Source: Zancudomyces culisetae HAW-14-8 (Eukaryota; Fungi; Kickxellomycota). Taken from it: 64,000 bases of DNA. The stretch lies in assembly GCA_052426225.1 (NCBI GenBank), contig JBNJNM010000006.1, positions 1,426,001 through 1,490,000 on the forward strand, written 5' to 3'. The notes beneath the pieces are model-generated. The model was not told the DNA's origin, made no database searches, and was given only the letters and a program-made list of their open reading frames with translations. The position numbers and the translations under genes are program-made. Below, piece by piece: positions 33,704 through 44,723 of this stretch; position 1 is the first letter of the stretch, and each line of letters starts with the position of its first letter.

Positions 33704-35759
33704 GTCGTAAATTAGAGTTTATTAAGTATAATACATACAGAATTTAGGCAGCGGTTTGATAATTGATACGAGAATCATTGGACGAGTTCAGACAGCAGTT
33801 GTCATTTCAGTAACAATTTTTACATAGTTTATATTTACACCAGTTATTTATTTTCTTTATAAATACGACGACAAGGAATTCATTGAATCGTGTCGGGGAT
33901 AATATCTTTATTATATAGCCTTTATTTATAATTTTATGCTAAATTAAGGTTTAATAATACCAAAATTAATTCTTAGAAAAGTCCTGGACCAATTAATAAC
34001 CAGTATTAGTAACTAGTTTTAATGTATAAAGTCTTGTACTGTACTTCACTTAATTGAGTTAATATAATGTATTATTACTCAACTATTTTTTTTAGGAATT
34101 TCAATTTATATAAATATTTATAGTATTTTTCATTTATATGTTTATTGTAGAAATAACATTCTGTTCTTTACATTTCCATTATTATTAAAAATTGCAAGAT
34201 AGTAGATTATTTAATTTATCATTTTTTTACTATTTTTACTCAATAAAAATTAGGATATTAACTCCATTTTCCAAATTAAGAAGTTAAACACTAACTACTT
34301 ACTAACTTAAAATACATTATATTTCACAGATCCTATAATTATTAGATTTGAATTTATTGTATATTTCTTTTAATTTTAATTTTTCTCATAATTATGGATA
34401 TATCATAGGCCGTTTAATTTGAATATAATACAGATATTTTTTATTCATATAGATTTCTATTAATATAATGAGATAAAATTACATTAGAAATTATTTATGA
34501 ATTATCTTGTGTTTGTTTAGACAATACCAATAATAATGATCTAACTATTTGTAAAATAACATTTTGTATAAATTTTACAACTAATAAAATAATATCATCA
34601 TAAAAAATGTGATTACTAAACTCTACAGTTTTTAGGAAAGATTAATTTATATTTTGCTAATTTGTAACTTTTGAATTTTAACCAAATCTTACTGTATCTG
34701 CTGCCATTGTAAAATCACAAGAACAGGTTATACACCTGTTATTATGCTATTAAAGTTTAGCCAATTTATATTTGTGGAGCTTTGTACACATCTTATTACC
34801 ATAAACTACTTAAACGAAGATCAAAATAACAATATTTATACTGAAATTTGCTTACGGATAAACCAATTGTATACAGTAGCCATATCATGGCTACAACATT
34901 TTTTTTATAAAATTGTATTTATAAGTATATGTATTATCCATTAAGATTGTTTAGTATTATTTAGTCATTTTTTATCGTTAAATAATGGTATAAAAGCTAT
35001 AATCTGCTAAAAACTAAAGCGTCACAACAGAATAGATCACATGATTTTTTAATTTCATTCAGCTACTCTGTATTAGCATAAAAACTAACCAAATTAATAT
35101 GTTGGAGCGACTTGGGAAACATCCCTCAGCTGCAATATAAACTCAACCACCCCTTGAAATACATGCAAAACATCATTGCTTATAAAAATAAAAATGACCA
35201 GTCTTCTGCGGATTAGGGTTTGGCAATAAGAAGATATTTTCATTTGCCTATTATTTTGATTTAGATCTAAACTCAAAAGTTTTCCAGTTACTATTTCTAT
35301 ATTCATAAAAATGTATACTGTGTTATTACTGTTTGATTACGCTATCACATTTGTAATTGCAATCAATACCATTGGAGATTCGTTATACAACTGAATAGAT
35401 TAATAAGCAAATAATCGTAGTTTATCAATTTCTGATTATATTCTTGCCAGGTTTTGTGGTAGAAAAGAAAAAAATGCAAATGATTTAAGAGGAATGGGAT
35501 GTACCAAATCAAATAGATCTATTACCATTTTTTTTGCATTTAGTACTAAAAAAAAAACTATTTAAACCAATTTATTTCAAACAGAAAGTTGTAATTAGTA
35601 TAAATATTTTTTTTTAGGATTTTATACTCTGTTTTTAATTACTGGTACAATAAAATATCATATAATATAAAGCAAAGACACAATTCTAAACCCTAAATCG
35701 ACTATTGAAGATTGAAAAACAATATTCTGATATAAAAATACTAAGTTTAAACACAAATC

Positions 35760-36722
35760 ATGACTTCAAAATATTTATACAAGGGCGAAACCGGAATAAA
35801 CTTCCCAAATGTAAAGTTTATTGTAACAGGGCAATATAAAAATCTACAATTGAATAATGACAAATTTAGTTTAAATGATGAACATACATATAACATAACA
35901 CTATTTTACTTGGAAGAAACTGTGCCTGAATCATACCCTGATTCTAGTGCTTATTTCAAATATTATTGTAAATATCTATCAAATGTAAATAATAAATTAT
36001 CATTATCACATGATAAGAAAAATGCGATATATATCGAGGGGTCAACTTGTAATGATTTATTGCAAGACGATTCGAGTGATATGTTGGTGAGTAGAGAAGA
36101 AAAATATCATCAAATATTCAATATAAGACATGGTGACCTGTATATGGATATGAATTTAAACTTTACCCCCGACAAAGATAGCGCAGTTAGTTTACAGATA
36201 TATGCTGAATCAAACTTCACTCATCAAATGAAAGATAACCAATCAGTACCGGCAAAATTTGATGATAAGTATATCACGGCTAACGGCGTAAATATGTTAA
36301 ACGACAGCGTGTACTTTATTTTACCGAAATTGGACGCAGAAACCTCTCTTGATTCTTATTTTTTAGAATCCGAATATTCAGATATTACTGGCCATAGGGG
36401 ACGTAAAGATTTTTTAGTTAGCGAAAAATTATATGATGAAGGAGTTTACTTGAAATTTGAAATGATAAATGGTATATATTATTTATTAATTAATGGGTAT
36501 TATCTAGGCACTACAGCGGATAAGGAAATGCTTGTTTTATACTCAAATGTTAATAAAAATAACATAAAATTGATACCCACAGGTATTAAAAGTATGTATT
36601 ATATAATGGATTATGACGAAGAATATTTCTATGAATATTTTAATGGGAAATATTGCGCTTCTGAATTTTTCAATACAAAAAATAACAACAGTGCATCCAT
36701 ATTCCAGTTTATTTCCATTTGA
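35760..36722 (+). CDS. Hypothetical 320-aa protein
   Basis: 963-bp uninterrupted ATG ORF in very AT-rich DNA; no motif recognised. Confidence 0.7.
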   Translation: MTSKYLYKGETGINFPNVKFIVTGQYKNLQLNNDKFSLNDEHTYNITLFYLEETVPESYPDSSAYFKYYCKYLSNVNNKLSLSHDKKNAIYIEGSTCNDLLQDDSSDMLVSREEKYHQIFNIRHGDLYMDMNLNFTPDKDSAVSLQIYAESNFTHQMKDNQSVPAKFDDKYITANGVNMLNDSVYFILPKLDAETSLDSYFLESEYSDITGHRGRKDFLVSEKLYDEGVYLKFEMINGIYYLLINGYYLGTTADKEMLVLYSNVNKNNIKLIPTGIKSMYYIMDYDEEYFYEYFNGKYCASEFFNTKNNNSASIFQFISI

Positions 36723-38983
36723 AATAGCTTTAATAGTGCTTTTTTACATTTATTTTAATTTCTAATAACCTTCCTGCGTTTGGTGTGTTTAACTCTGTAA
36801 TACTTTCTTACTCAATATACAACTTTGTTCTGAAAAAGCGGTCATTTCTCACTTTGTCATTTACGAATACATTTTTCTTTCTCTACTTTTACTTTACTAT
36901 ATAATTTTCTATTAAATACGATTAGAATAAATCATCATTTCTATTTTATAGTCATTGATTCACTGTCTTTTTTTAATTTTACTTGTATTTACTTTAATAT
37001 CATTTTTAACATATAACTCTGTCGGATCGGAATTGTTAAACTTTTAAGCTAATCAAATCTGCGATTACACATCTCTTTGCATAAAATTCTAATAAAACCG
37101 ATACCTATAATGTTGATTATTTTGTATTCAATTGATATTCTTTATTATTAAAATAAAATACAAGATATATGAAAGTTTAGAATCACTATCATATAAATAA
37201 GTAGCTGATGTTACCGATAAACCATTATAATGGGAAGCCTATTGATGTTAGCTATAAGATTAGATCTGGTACTACTGCTAATAAAGACAAAGGATATCTT
37301 AAGTTTGTTTACTAATTTATTATAACTATCTTTTTTACTAACATAATTTTTTAGCTATCTTCTACTATCTGCTTACCTGGCTATCTAATGAATTACTACG
37401 ACTAATTATTAAAAAATTAAATGCCAATACAAATGGCAATGGTATGATTTTTATTTTTGAACTCAAAGCTTTATTCTTTCTAAATACATTATATAATTTC
37501 TATTATTAACATATTCACAATCTTTATAGCTATTAAAGATATTTCCTTACCTAATAACTATTATCACGACTTTAAATAAAGTTAGTTTGAGAAAAGTGAA
37601 AATTTGAAAATATACAAGTATTTCAGTTGACACCTTCGCTTAATTAACATCATTCATTCATTTTTATATACTTGTGATTTTGTTATACTTACAATAGCTT
37701 TTATATACGTACTAACTTCTCTTTTAGCCAACACTCACACTATTTATTTAACATACCAACTAAAGAATATATTGAAAAACTAACTATCTAGTAATGTCTC
37801 TAGCTGAAGTTTATTGTTTTTTTGAATTAGACGATAACATATTTTATTTAATGGTTAATTTAGATAATTATGATATTATCATACATAATAATAATCAAAG
37901 AATTTACCAACACTAATGTTTTTTGATTGATTAAAATGAGCGCAATTGAGTACATTAGATTGTTAAAATAGTAGTATAAAGTAGTAAGTCTATAATTTTA
38001 GGTTAAAAACCGTCTGCAATCACTTTAAATTGTTAAGGTATTAAATTAACAAATTCATGTAATTATACGTTAAAAAACTAATAGCTATTATTAGCGATGA
38101 GTATTTGAATAAGTTTCGATTACTATAACATATTTTCTGGGTGCTAATCGTATTTGAGCATGTATTAATTTTGTGAAGTTTCATTTCAATCAGATACAAA
38201 AGTTGTGTCTTGTATAAACATTTCCGTCATAAATCCGCAAAATATATCAAAGTTTAAATTATATTTTTAAAGTATTGAAGGTAAATAATGTATAATACCA
38301 GCTAAACATTGATACATACAATTGTATTGATTAAATCTTGGAAACTAATGGCTATAATGATTTTAATTAGCTAATCAATAATACAATGATTCATAAATAC
38401 AGTAAATAGAATTAGTTATAAAAGTATTATTTCCAAACTTTACATGCTGAATGATTAGCGAACCAATAAGTACGGTAAATAGATTATAATATTGCAAAGT
38501 ATTGTATACGAATATTAAACCAAATATATATTCTTTGCTATGATTACATTTGAACGTGATAAAGTACAGATTCAGTCAGTTTTACTCAGGCCATAGGTTA
38601 TAATTTAGTTCTATTTCCGTATATAACTTTTGATACTAAAAAACAGTTTTTATGCTATAAAGATTATAAATATTGATAATTGCAAACTACATAATTATCA
38701 CAAAGTATTAGTAAATTAATTATTATACGTAAATTAAGAAATAAAATACTAATTATCCACTGAGTGTTATCAATATAATTCACTATTGACTGCAGTTCAG
38801 AATTAACAAATTAGCATGCTAAGTATTACAGATTATTAAAGTCTCTCGTTGGTAGTCATAATCTGCTATGAATCGAGTTTATTTGTAGCAAACAGGGTGT
38901 AACCGTTAATTACACTATCAATTTAAAATTCGATGACAAATATATGATCTGTAAAAAAATTCAATAAAAAATACTCATGTTAT

Positions 38984-39386
38984 ATAATAATTTATACCCT
39001 TTTTGTTAGATAATCAATTATAATTCAGAATAGATTAACGCTACCAATCAAAGGAAACGGGAGCTATAATTAATATAATCTATGTTAGTATAATGAATGG
39101 CAGAGCGATAAGTACAAAAAAATAATTATTGATATTTTAACGATATACTTCACATTACGTATTTTAATGAATTGTGAGTAGTTACAATACTTATTAATTA
39201 TCGTATCCACTTTGCGTTTAGAACAAATAATAAAAATAATAAAAGTAGTTTTAATAATCAAGAAAAATATACAGAACTAGTATAGAAATGCAAGCCACGA
39301 AAAGATGACAAATCCAGTGCTAAGCTATGCTAAAAAAATTACCTCTGAACAAAATATCAATAATTATATGAACATCTTGTATTATA
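38984..39386 (+). repeat. Diverged copy 4 of the TAACGG repeat
   Basis: ATACTTCACATTACGT, ACAGAACTAG and CCAGTGCTAAGCTATGCTAAAAAAATTACC..GAACAAAATATCAA match copies 1/3; start approximate. Confidence 0.6.
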
Positions 39387-39840
39387 ATATGTTTAGTTGA
39401 ATATAATGAAAACTTATTATTATTATGCGAATGCCAGATACAATTATGTGTTACCAAATCTTTATTTAATTTCGAAATCTTTCCTAGATACTAAATACTT
39501 TAACCCCAAAAAATTTTTCAAATGTTCCAAAATGTTCGAAATTTCGTAATCTGAAATTGAAAACTCAAGAATATTCTAGAGAGTTCGAATTCAGTACTAA
39601 AATTTCTTTGAAAATGTAGGGGTTAAAAGTATGAAAAAATTTTCTTAAAACAAAAACAAAATGAAAATAAAAGTATATAAACCGTCTGTTTTTCCAGTTT
39701 TCTTGAATTCCTTACCATCGGTTGAGCTAGGTTAAAGCGGGACTGGGTGGGACATAATTGTATCTGGCATTCGCATAATAATAATAAGTTTTCATTATAT
39801 TCAACTAAACATATTATTATGCTTCATTGGCCAGATACAA

Positions 39841-42800
39841 TTATGTTGCTTCAGAGTTTAATACGTGTAGAGTCAAATTTTCTCTTGTTCTACGTGATAA
39901 CTGATAGTATGTATCAAATATTCCTCTGCTTGCCCAAAATCCTTGAGTAATAACATCATCATATGTTGCACCTGATGAAGTAGCACGAGTTGATCCAAGT
40001 GCTCTTGCTTTTGGTACTTTAGCGTTTGGCGGTAATGGTATAAGCGACATAAGTTTGTTAATGTGCTTGCTGATACGCTGTGCTCCAATGTTAGTGCTGT
40101 GGTCCTTGAGACTCCTGATGAGATAGAATATTGAGTTTCCGTCGAGCAAAGGATGTGGTTTTACGCAAGGTGTAACCGCAATCCGCTTTTTGTAAACCTG
40201 ATAAGTTTCAACCGGACATAATTTTTTGTCAGAGTGTGCATGGATTATAGAAACTTTTTCAATTGGAGTTCCATTGCGTTTCTCCTTTGGTCCAACAATA
40301 ATAAACTTGATGTATTCTCTTGTCACTGACGTCTTGCTGTCGTCAATCCTCTCAATGTCGCTTGGCCTGAGAAAGCCACAGATGGCTATGAGCCAGCATA
40401 GTTTTGCTGTCAAGTCATACTTTGACATTCTGGAGTTAGGCCCAAGTTTCCTGATGTGGTCAATTATTGGACCGATGTCGTAAAGCGGATTGTCAAAGGA
40501 TCTGACGTTTGATGAAGATAGTTGTTTGAGATACTCTTTCATTAGTGGATCGTCACTGAAAGAAGCCCAATCACTGGTTATGTCAAGAATGGCGGACTTG
40601 TAGTTCTTGACTGTTCCGAGTCTCCAGTTTAGCGCCTTCCGCTGCTGCTCCAGATAGTTGATAACGTCAACGACTGTTACGTTTTCTATGGAGATTGAAG
40701 ATGTAGAAAGCCACTGTAGGAACTTGGTCTTCGGGTTCAAGTATTTCTTCTGCCTCGTCTTAACTCGAGTGTTGTCGAGCATCAAATTGATGACCTGGTC
40801 ATCTAATCCTGCTTCCTGATACCTTGCGCGCTTAACCGCCAAGCCGTAAGTGACCATGTCTTGTTGCGCATTGTCGCTGCTTTTCCGCTTCTCGGGTCTG
40901 GGATAACTGCTGACGGATGAATCTTGATTGGCGGTGCAATTGACAGGCTCTTCAGGTCCGGATACCACGGGGCTGATCTCCAGAACGGCGTGATCAGAGT
41001 CGCCGTGATTCTCTCCTGACGGATCTTCTGGATGGTACGCTGGATCAGATTCCACGGTGGACACATGTATGGATTCTTCCACACTGTCCAACTGTGGTTG
41101 AAGGCGTTGATCCTGACTGCTTGGGGGCAGTATTTCCAACTCACAAATGTGTTCAGTTTGTGATTGGTGCTGCTCGCAAACATGTCGATATCGTGAGGAC
41201 CAAAGTATTTTTGAATCCTTTGAAACACTCTTTCCGATATCGACCATTCGGTCTGCAAAGTAAGCCGGGATGGGGCGTCTGCCGGATTCACAATGGATGG
41301 TACGTACTGGATCTGTACCCTGGTCCCGTTGCTGATGCAGTGTTTTCACATCAGTTCCGATATGTCTAGCAGGTTGGGTGATCTGGTCCCTCCCTGTTTC
41401 TTGACATAGCTGATGGAGGTGTTGTTGTCGCAGTATACAACCACACTCCTGCCCTTTACCTGGGGCATCTTGATAGCCTTGTATATGGCTAGTAGCTCCT
41501 TGGCGTTGATCGGGAGCTTGGACTGTGCTTTGGTCCATATTCCTGAGTACTGGCTCTGACCAATAACTATCCCCCAATGGAAGTCGCTCGCGTCTGTGTA
41601 GACTTCCACTTCCGGAATCTCTGGGAGGAAGCTCAGGCCGTTCCATTCCTTCAGATGATCTCTCCACCAGATCAGGTTGTCTAGAGCTGGCTGATCCAAA
41701 GATACTTCTGTGCTCCAATCCCGCGTGGTCCGCAGGGTGGCATTCTTGAGCTCCAAAAGCCTCCTGCTCATGAGTCTGCCTGGACGGAGAGCGATGTTCA
41801 CTGCCTGTGTCTTGCCAATGAAAGATGCTAAGCATCTCAGCGTCGTCTTCCCATTCCTGATCAGTTTGGATGCCTCTCGCGTGAGATCCCTGAGTTTCTG
41901 CTTGGGAATCCTGAAGCTCATTTGGCGGGTGTTGATGTCCATACCCAAATGGCTGATTGACTGCTTGGGGTTCATTGACGACTTCTCGTTGTTTATAATG
42001 AACCCTAGCTTGACTAGCTTGTTTGCAACCATCGCAGTGTACTTGGTACACTCGCTTTTGGTTGATCCCAAGACCAGCAAATCGTCCAAGTAGCTCGAGA
42101 TTCGGATCCCTCGAGCTCTGGCCCACTTGAGAACTGGCTTTAGTATTTTGGTGAATACTAGCGGGCTTAAGGACAGACCAAATGGCAGTACCCTGTACTG
42201 GTAGATGCGATGGCCCCACGTGAACCTGAGATATTTTCTTGACGCCTTGTTGATGAGCACGTGCAAGAAAGCATCGCTGAGATCGATGCTTGTCATCCAG
42301 TCGCCCTTTCGCAACATTCGTGAGATGGTGTTGAGTGATTCCATCTTGAAATGCTGCTCGGGGATGTACTGGTTTAAAGGTCTCAGGTTGAGGACCATCC
42401 GTGTTCCTCCATTCTTCTTTGGGACGGTGAATGTCCTTGAGAAGAATCCTGGCTGCGCTGCTGAAACTTCCTCTATAGCTTTTTTGGAGAGGAGACTTGT
42501 AATCTCCTGCTCGACGACCTTTTCCGGAAGTTTCTTTAAGTCCTTCACGCACGGCTTTGGCTGCTTGACCGTGGGAGGATGCGCATTGAAGGGGATACGA
42601 AACCCTTCCTTGATCACCTGGAGTACCCACTGGTGATCGGTAAGCTTCTTCTATGCCTCCTGGAAGAGCTTCAGTCTGCCCCTTACGCTTGGGGTCTGAT
42701 GCTGCTGCCACCCCGAAAATTATTCTTAGGAGCATTGAAACGGGGCTGCCTCTGCTCCTGGACCTGCTGTGGCTCTTGGATCTGTGGTTGCTGGCCTTGC

Positions 42801-43512
42801 TGCATTCCCATGAGGCTTGGAAATGCTCTCTGACCGGTGTATCTGGGCCTGCGTGGCTGGTAGCTCTTGAGTGCCCTCTGGGCCGCTTGCTGGCTGGCCT
42901 TTGCTTCGACAATCTGGCTTGTGTCGACAAGGGACTTCTTGGTTTCTGGATAGAGTTGCGGCGTGTCGGTTTCAACACCCGCATCTCTGTATGCCTGATT
43001 GATTCTGCACTGGCTGAGGTGCGTTGCCGCATCAGCCAAGAGAATCCTGATTGAGTTGGCAAACTCAATAACCTTGGAGACTGGCACTTGGCTGCCACCC
43101 TGAATGCACTCATGCACAAAGAAGTCAATCGGCCTGGTGATTGCCGATAACCTGTACTGCGCATCATACATGGCGGCGTCGGTGCGTTTGGCAGAGCTGG
43201 ACAACTTGACATTGACCGCGGGAGGGTCATAGTCCATGGCGGAGTTTCTGGGGACGGCGGCAAAAAACTTCTTCCGATTGATGTCGGACAGAGGGGACTT
43301 GAAGAAGTCTTCCGTAACGGTTGGAAGAGCTTCTTGGAGCTCTTTGTAAAGCTCCATGTCGGCGGGCTGTGGCCTTTCTGTGATATGAGAAACTGGCGGA
43401 TCCATATCCACTGACTCTGAGACTGATGCTGCCTGTTGCTGTGAACCTGATTCCTCCAGAACAGTAAGTCTGTTGAGGATTTCCTGAAGCATTTCTTGCG
43501 AAATGTTTGCAT
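39841..43512 (-). CDS. DIRS ORF3: tyrosine recombinase at the C-terminus of a long overlapping frame (true start uncertain)
   Basis: FLRPSD, PKEK, LCPV, ARALGST, GFWAS..FDTYY. Confidence 0.85.
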   Translation of the reverse strand: MQTFRKKCFRKSSTDLLFWRNQVHSNRQHQSQSQWIWIRQFLISQKGHSPPTWSFTKSSKKLFQPLRKTSSSPLCPTSIGRSFLPPSPETPPWTMTLPRSMSSCPALPNAPTPPCMMRSTGYRQSPGRLTSLCMSAFRVAAKCQSPRLLSLPTQSGFSWLMRQRTSASAESIRHTEMRVLKPTRRNSIQKPRSPLSTQARLSKQRPASKRPRGHSRATSHAGPDTPVREHFQASWECSKASNHRSKSHSRSRSRGSPVSMLLRIIFGVAAASDPKRKGQTEALPGGIEEAYRSPVGTPGDQGRVSYPLQCASSHGQAAKAVREGLKETSGKGRRAGDYKSPLQKSYRGSFSSAARILLKDIHRPKEEWRNTDGPQPETFKPVHPRAAFQDGITQHHLTNVAKGRLDDKHRSQRCFLARAHQQGVKKISQVHVGPSHLPVQGTAIWSVLKPASIHQNTKASSQVGQSSRDPNLELLGRFAGLGINQKRVYQVHCDGCKQASQARVHYKQREVVNEPQAVNQPFGYGHQHPPNELQDSQAETQGSHARGIQTDQEWEDDAEMLSIFHWQDTGSEHRSPSRQTHEQEAFGAQECHPADHAGLEHRSIFGSASSRQPDLVERSSEGMERPELPPRDSGSGSLHRRERLPLGDSYWSEPVLRNMDQSTVQAPDQRQGATSHIQGYQDAPGKGQECGCILRQQHLHQLCQETGRDQITQPARHIGTDVKTLHQQRDQGTDPVRTIHCESGRRPIPAYFADRMVDIGKSVSKDSKILWSSRYRHVCEQHQSQTEHICELEILPPSSQDQRLQPQLDSVEESIHVSTVESDPAYHPEDPSGENHGDSDHAVLEISPVVSGPEEPVNCTANQDSSVSSYPRPEKRKSSDNAQQDMVTYGLAVKRARYQEAGLDDQVINLMLDNTRVKTRQKKYLNPKTKFLQWLSTSSISIENVTVVDVINYLEQQRKALNWRLGTVKNYKSAILDITSDWASFSDDPLMKEYLKQLSSSNVRSFDNPLYDIGPIIDHIRKLGPNSRMSKYDLTAKLCWLIAICGFLRPSDIERIDDSKTSVTREYIKFIIVGPKEKRNGTPIEKVSIIHAHSDKKLCPVETYQVYKKRIAVTPCVKPHPLLDGNSIFYLIRSLKDHSTNIGAQRISKHINKLMSLIPLPPNAKVPKARALGSTRATSSGATYDDVITQGFWASRGIFDTYYQLSRRTRENLTLHVLNSEAT
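40803..42690 (-). pseudogene. DIRS ORF2: RT, RNase H and Dam-like methyltransferase domain, with two in-frame stops (42651-53, 41346-48)
   Basis: GRLKLFQEA*, IDLSDAF, LPFGLSLSP, YLDD, YTDASD, DN, NPADAPSR, DMFAS, CPPW. Confidence 0.9.
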
Positions 43513-43519
43513 TATTCAT
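42683..43519 (-). CDS. DIRS ORF1 (Gag-like)
   Basis: First ATG ORF after the 5' ITR; QYRLSAITRPID motif; Q/R-rich tail. Confidence 0.8.
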   Translation of the reverse strand: MNNANISQEMLQEILNRLTVLEESGSQQQAASVSESVDMDPPVSHITERPQPADMELYKELQEALPTVTEDFFKSPLSDINRKKFFAAVPRNSAMDYDPPAVNVKLSSSAKRTDAAMYDAQYRLSAITRPIDFFVHECIQGGSQVPVSKVIEFANSIRILLADAATHLSQCRINQAYRDAGVETDTPQLYPETKKSLVDTSQIVEAKASQQAAQRALKSYQPRRPRYTGQRAFPSLMGMQQGQQPQIQEPQQVQEQRQPRFNAPKNNFRGGSSIRPQA

Positions 43520-43882
43520 GATTGACTTTATTTATGTTTAAATATGTATATAAATGCTGGTTGTGTACCTAGCGAAAGAAAAGATGGTAAGGAATTCAAG
43601 AAAACTGGAAAAACAGACGGTTTATATACTTTTATTTTCATTTTGTTTTTGTTTTAAGAAAATTTTTACATACTTTTAACCCCTACATTTTTAAAGAAAT
43701 TTTAGTACTGAATTCGAACTCTCTAGAATATTCTTGAGTTTTCAATTTCAGATTACGAAATTTCGAACATTTTGGAACATTTGAAAAATTTTTTGGGGTT
43801 AAAGTATTTAGTATCTAAGAAAGATTTCGAAATTAAATAAAGATTTGGTAACACATAATTGTATCTGGCCAATGAAGCATAA

Positions 43883-44295
43883 TAACGGATACATTCTTTT
43901 TGTAGTGAATCAATTCGATTCCTTAGTAGAATATAACTACCAATGAGAGCAAGCGTGATAAATAGTAAAAACGATCTAAGATAGTACAGTTAATAACAAA
44001 GCGAATATAACGAGAGCGGACAACGAAAAAGTTTTTTTTTCTTTTCTTAACAGTTAACACTTTACATATACGTCTTTAATTCTTATTAATAGCAAATAGC
44101 ACTTGATATTGATATAGTTTACTTGTTGTTTTATTATTATTATAACAATAATAAAAGATAATAAAACATTCCTATTACAGCAATGAGAACCATTGAAGTG
44201 ATCCGAGACCTGAGTATAACCGACATTACCAGTGTTAAACTATACTAAAAAATTACCATTGAACAAAATATCAATTAACTTGTAAACATCTAAAA
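43883..44295 (+). repeat. Unclassified ~400-bp TAACGG repeat, copy 3
   Basis: Aligns with copies 1 and 2; its first TAA is shared with the DIRS terminus. Confidence 0.85.
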
Positions 44296-44317
44296 TAAAT
44301 CAAAAAAAGCAAAATAG

Positions 44318-44391
44318 AGATTTCTGCCGGACTCGAACCGGCGACCGTCTGTGTGTTAAACAGACGTGATAACCATCTACACCAAGAAATC
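44318..44391 (-). tRNA. tRNA-Val(AAC)
   Basis: GATTTCT/AGAAATC; TCTGT-TT-AAC-AC-ACAGA; GGTTCGAGTCC; T7 terminator ~44302-08. Confidence 0.92.
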
Positions 44392-44723
44392 ATATTTTGA
44401 TGTAGAACTTACTAGTTATAATATTATTTCTTAATATATTTCTCTATTCGTGTAGTATAATATTATGTATTATTTTTTATATGTTTATACTATATTTAAC
44501 TAATTTTAAATGTGGTTAAGAGTTATTTTATTCAAGTAAGTTGTGGGCGATTGTATTAACCCCCAAATATGTCCTATAATTTTGTGTTAACTATAATCTA
44601 AATTTAAACTATCCTAATTATGAATGTTGAACAAAAACCACGAGGGGAGAAAAAGTCCAATCTAAAAATACTGCTAATTATATAAAATATAAAATAGGTA
44701 GATAAATCGTTCCATCGTATTTC

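Larger units (their letters stand above)
39384..43885 (-). mobile_element. DIRS1-like tyrosine-recombinase retrotransposon (287-bp ITRs 39433-39719 / 43583-43869; ICR 39752-39846)
   Basis: Long inverted repeats; internal complementary region reproducing the joined termini; (A)TAA at both ends; gag, RT/RH, MT and YR ORFs. Confidence 0.95.

Noticed and set aside
35094-35540. Coding-like patches on the minus strand
   Set aside because: Interrupted by stops and no recognisable homology
37169-37575. Possible small multi-exon gene (GT..CTAAC..AG intron-like signals)
   Set aside because: Could not assemble a stop-free spliced ORF by eye
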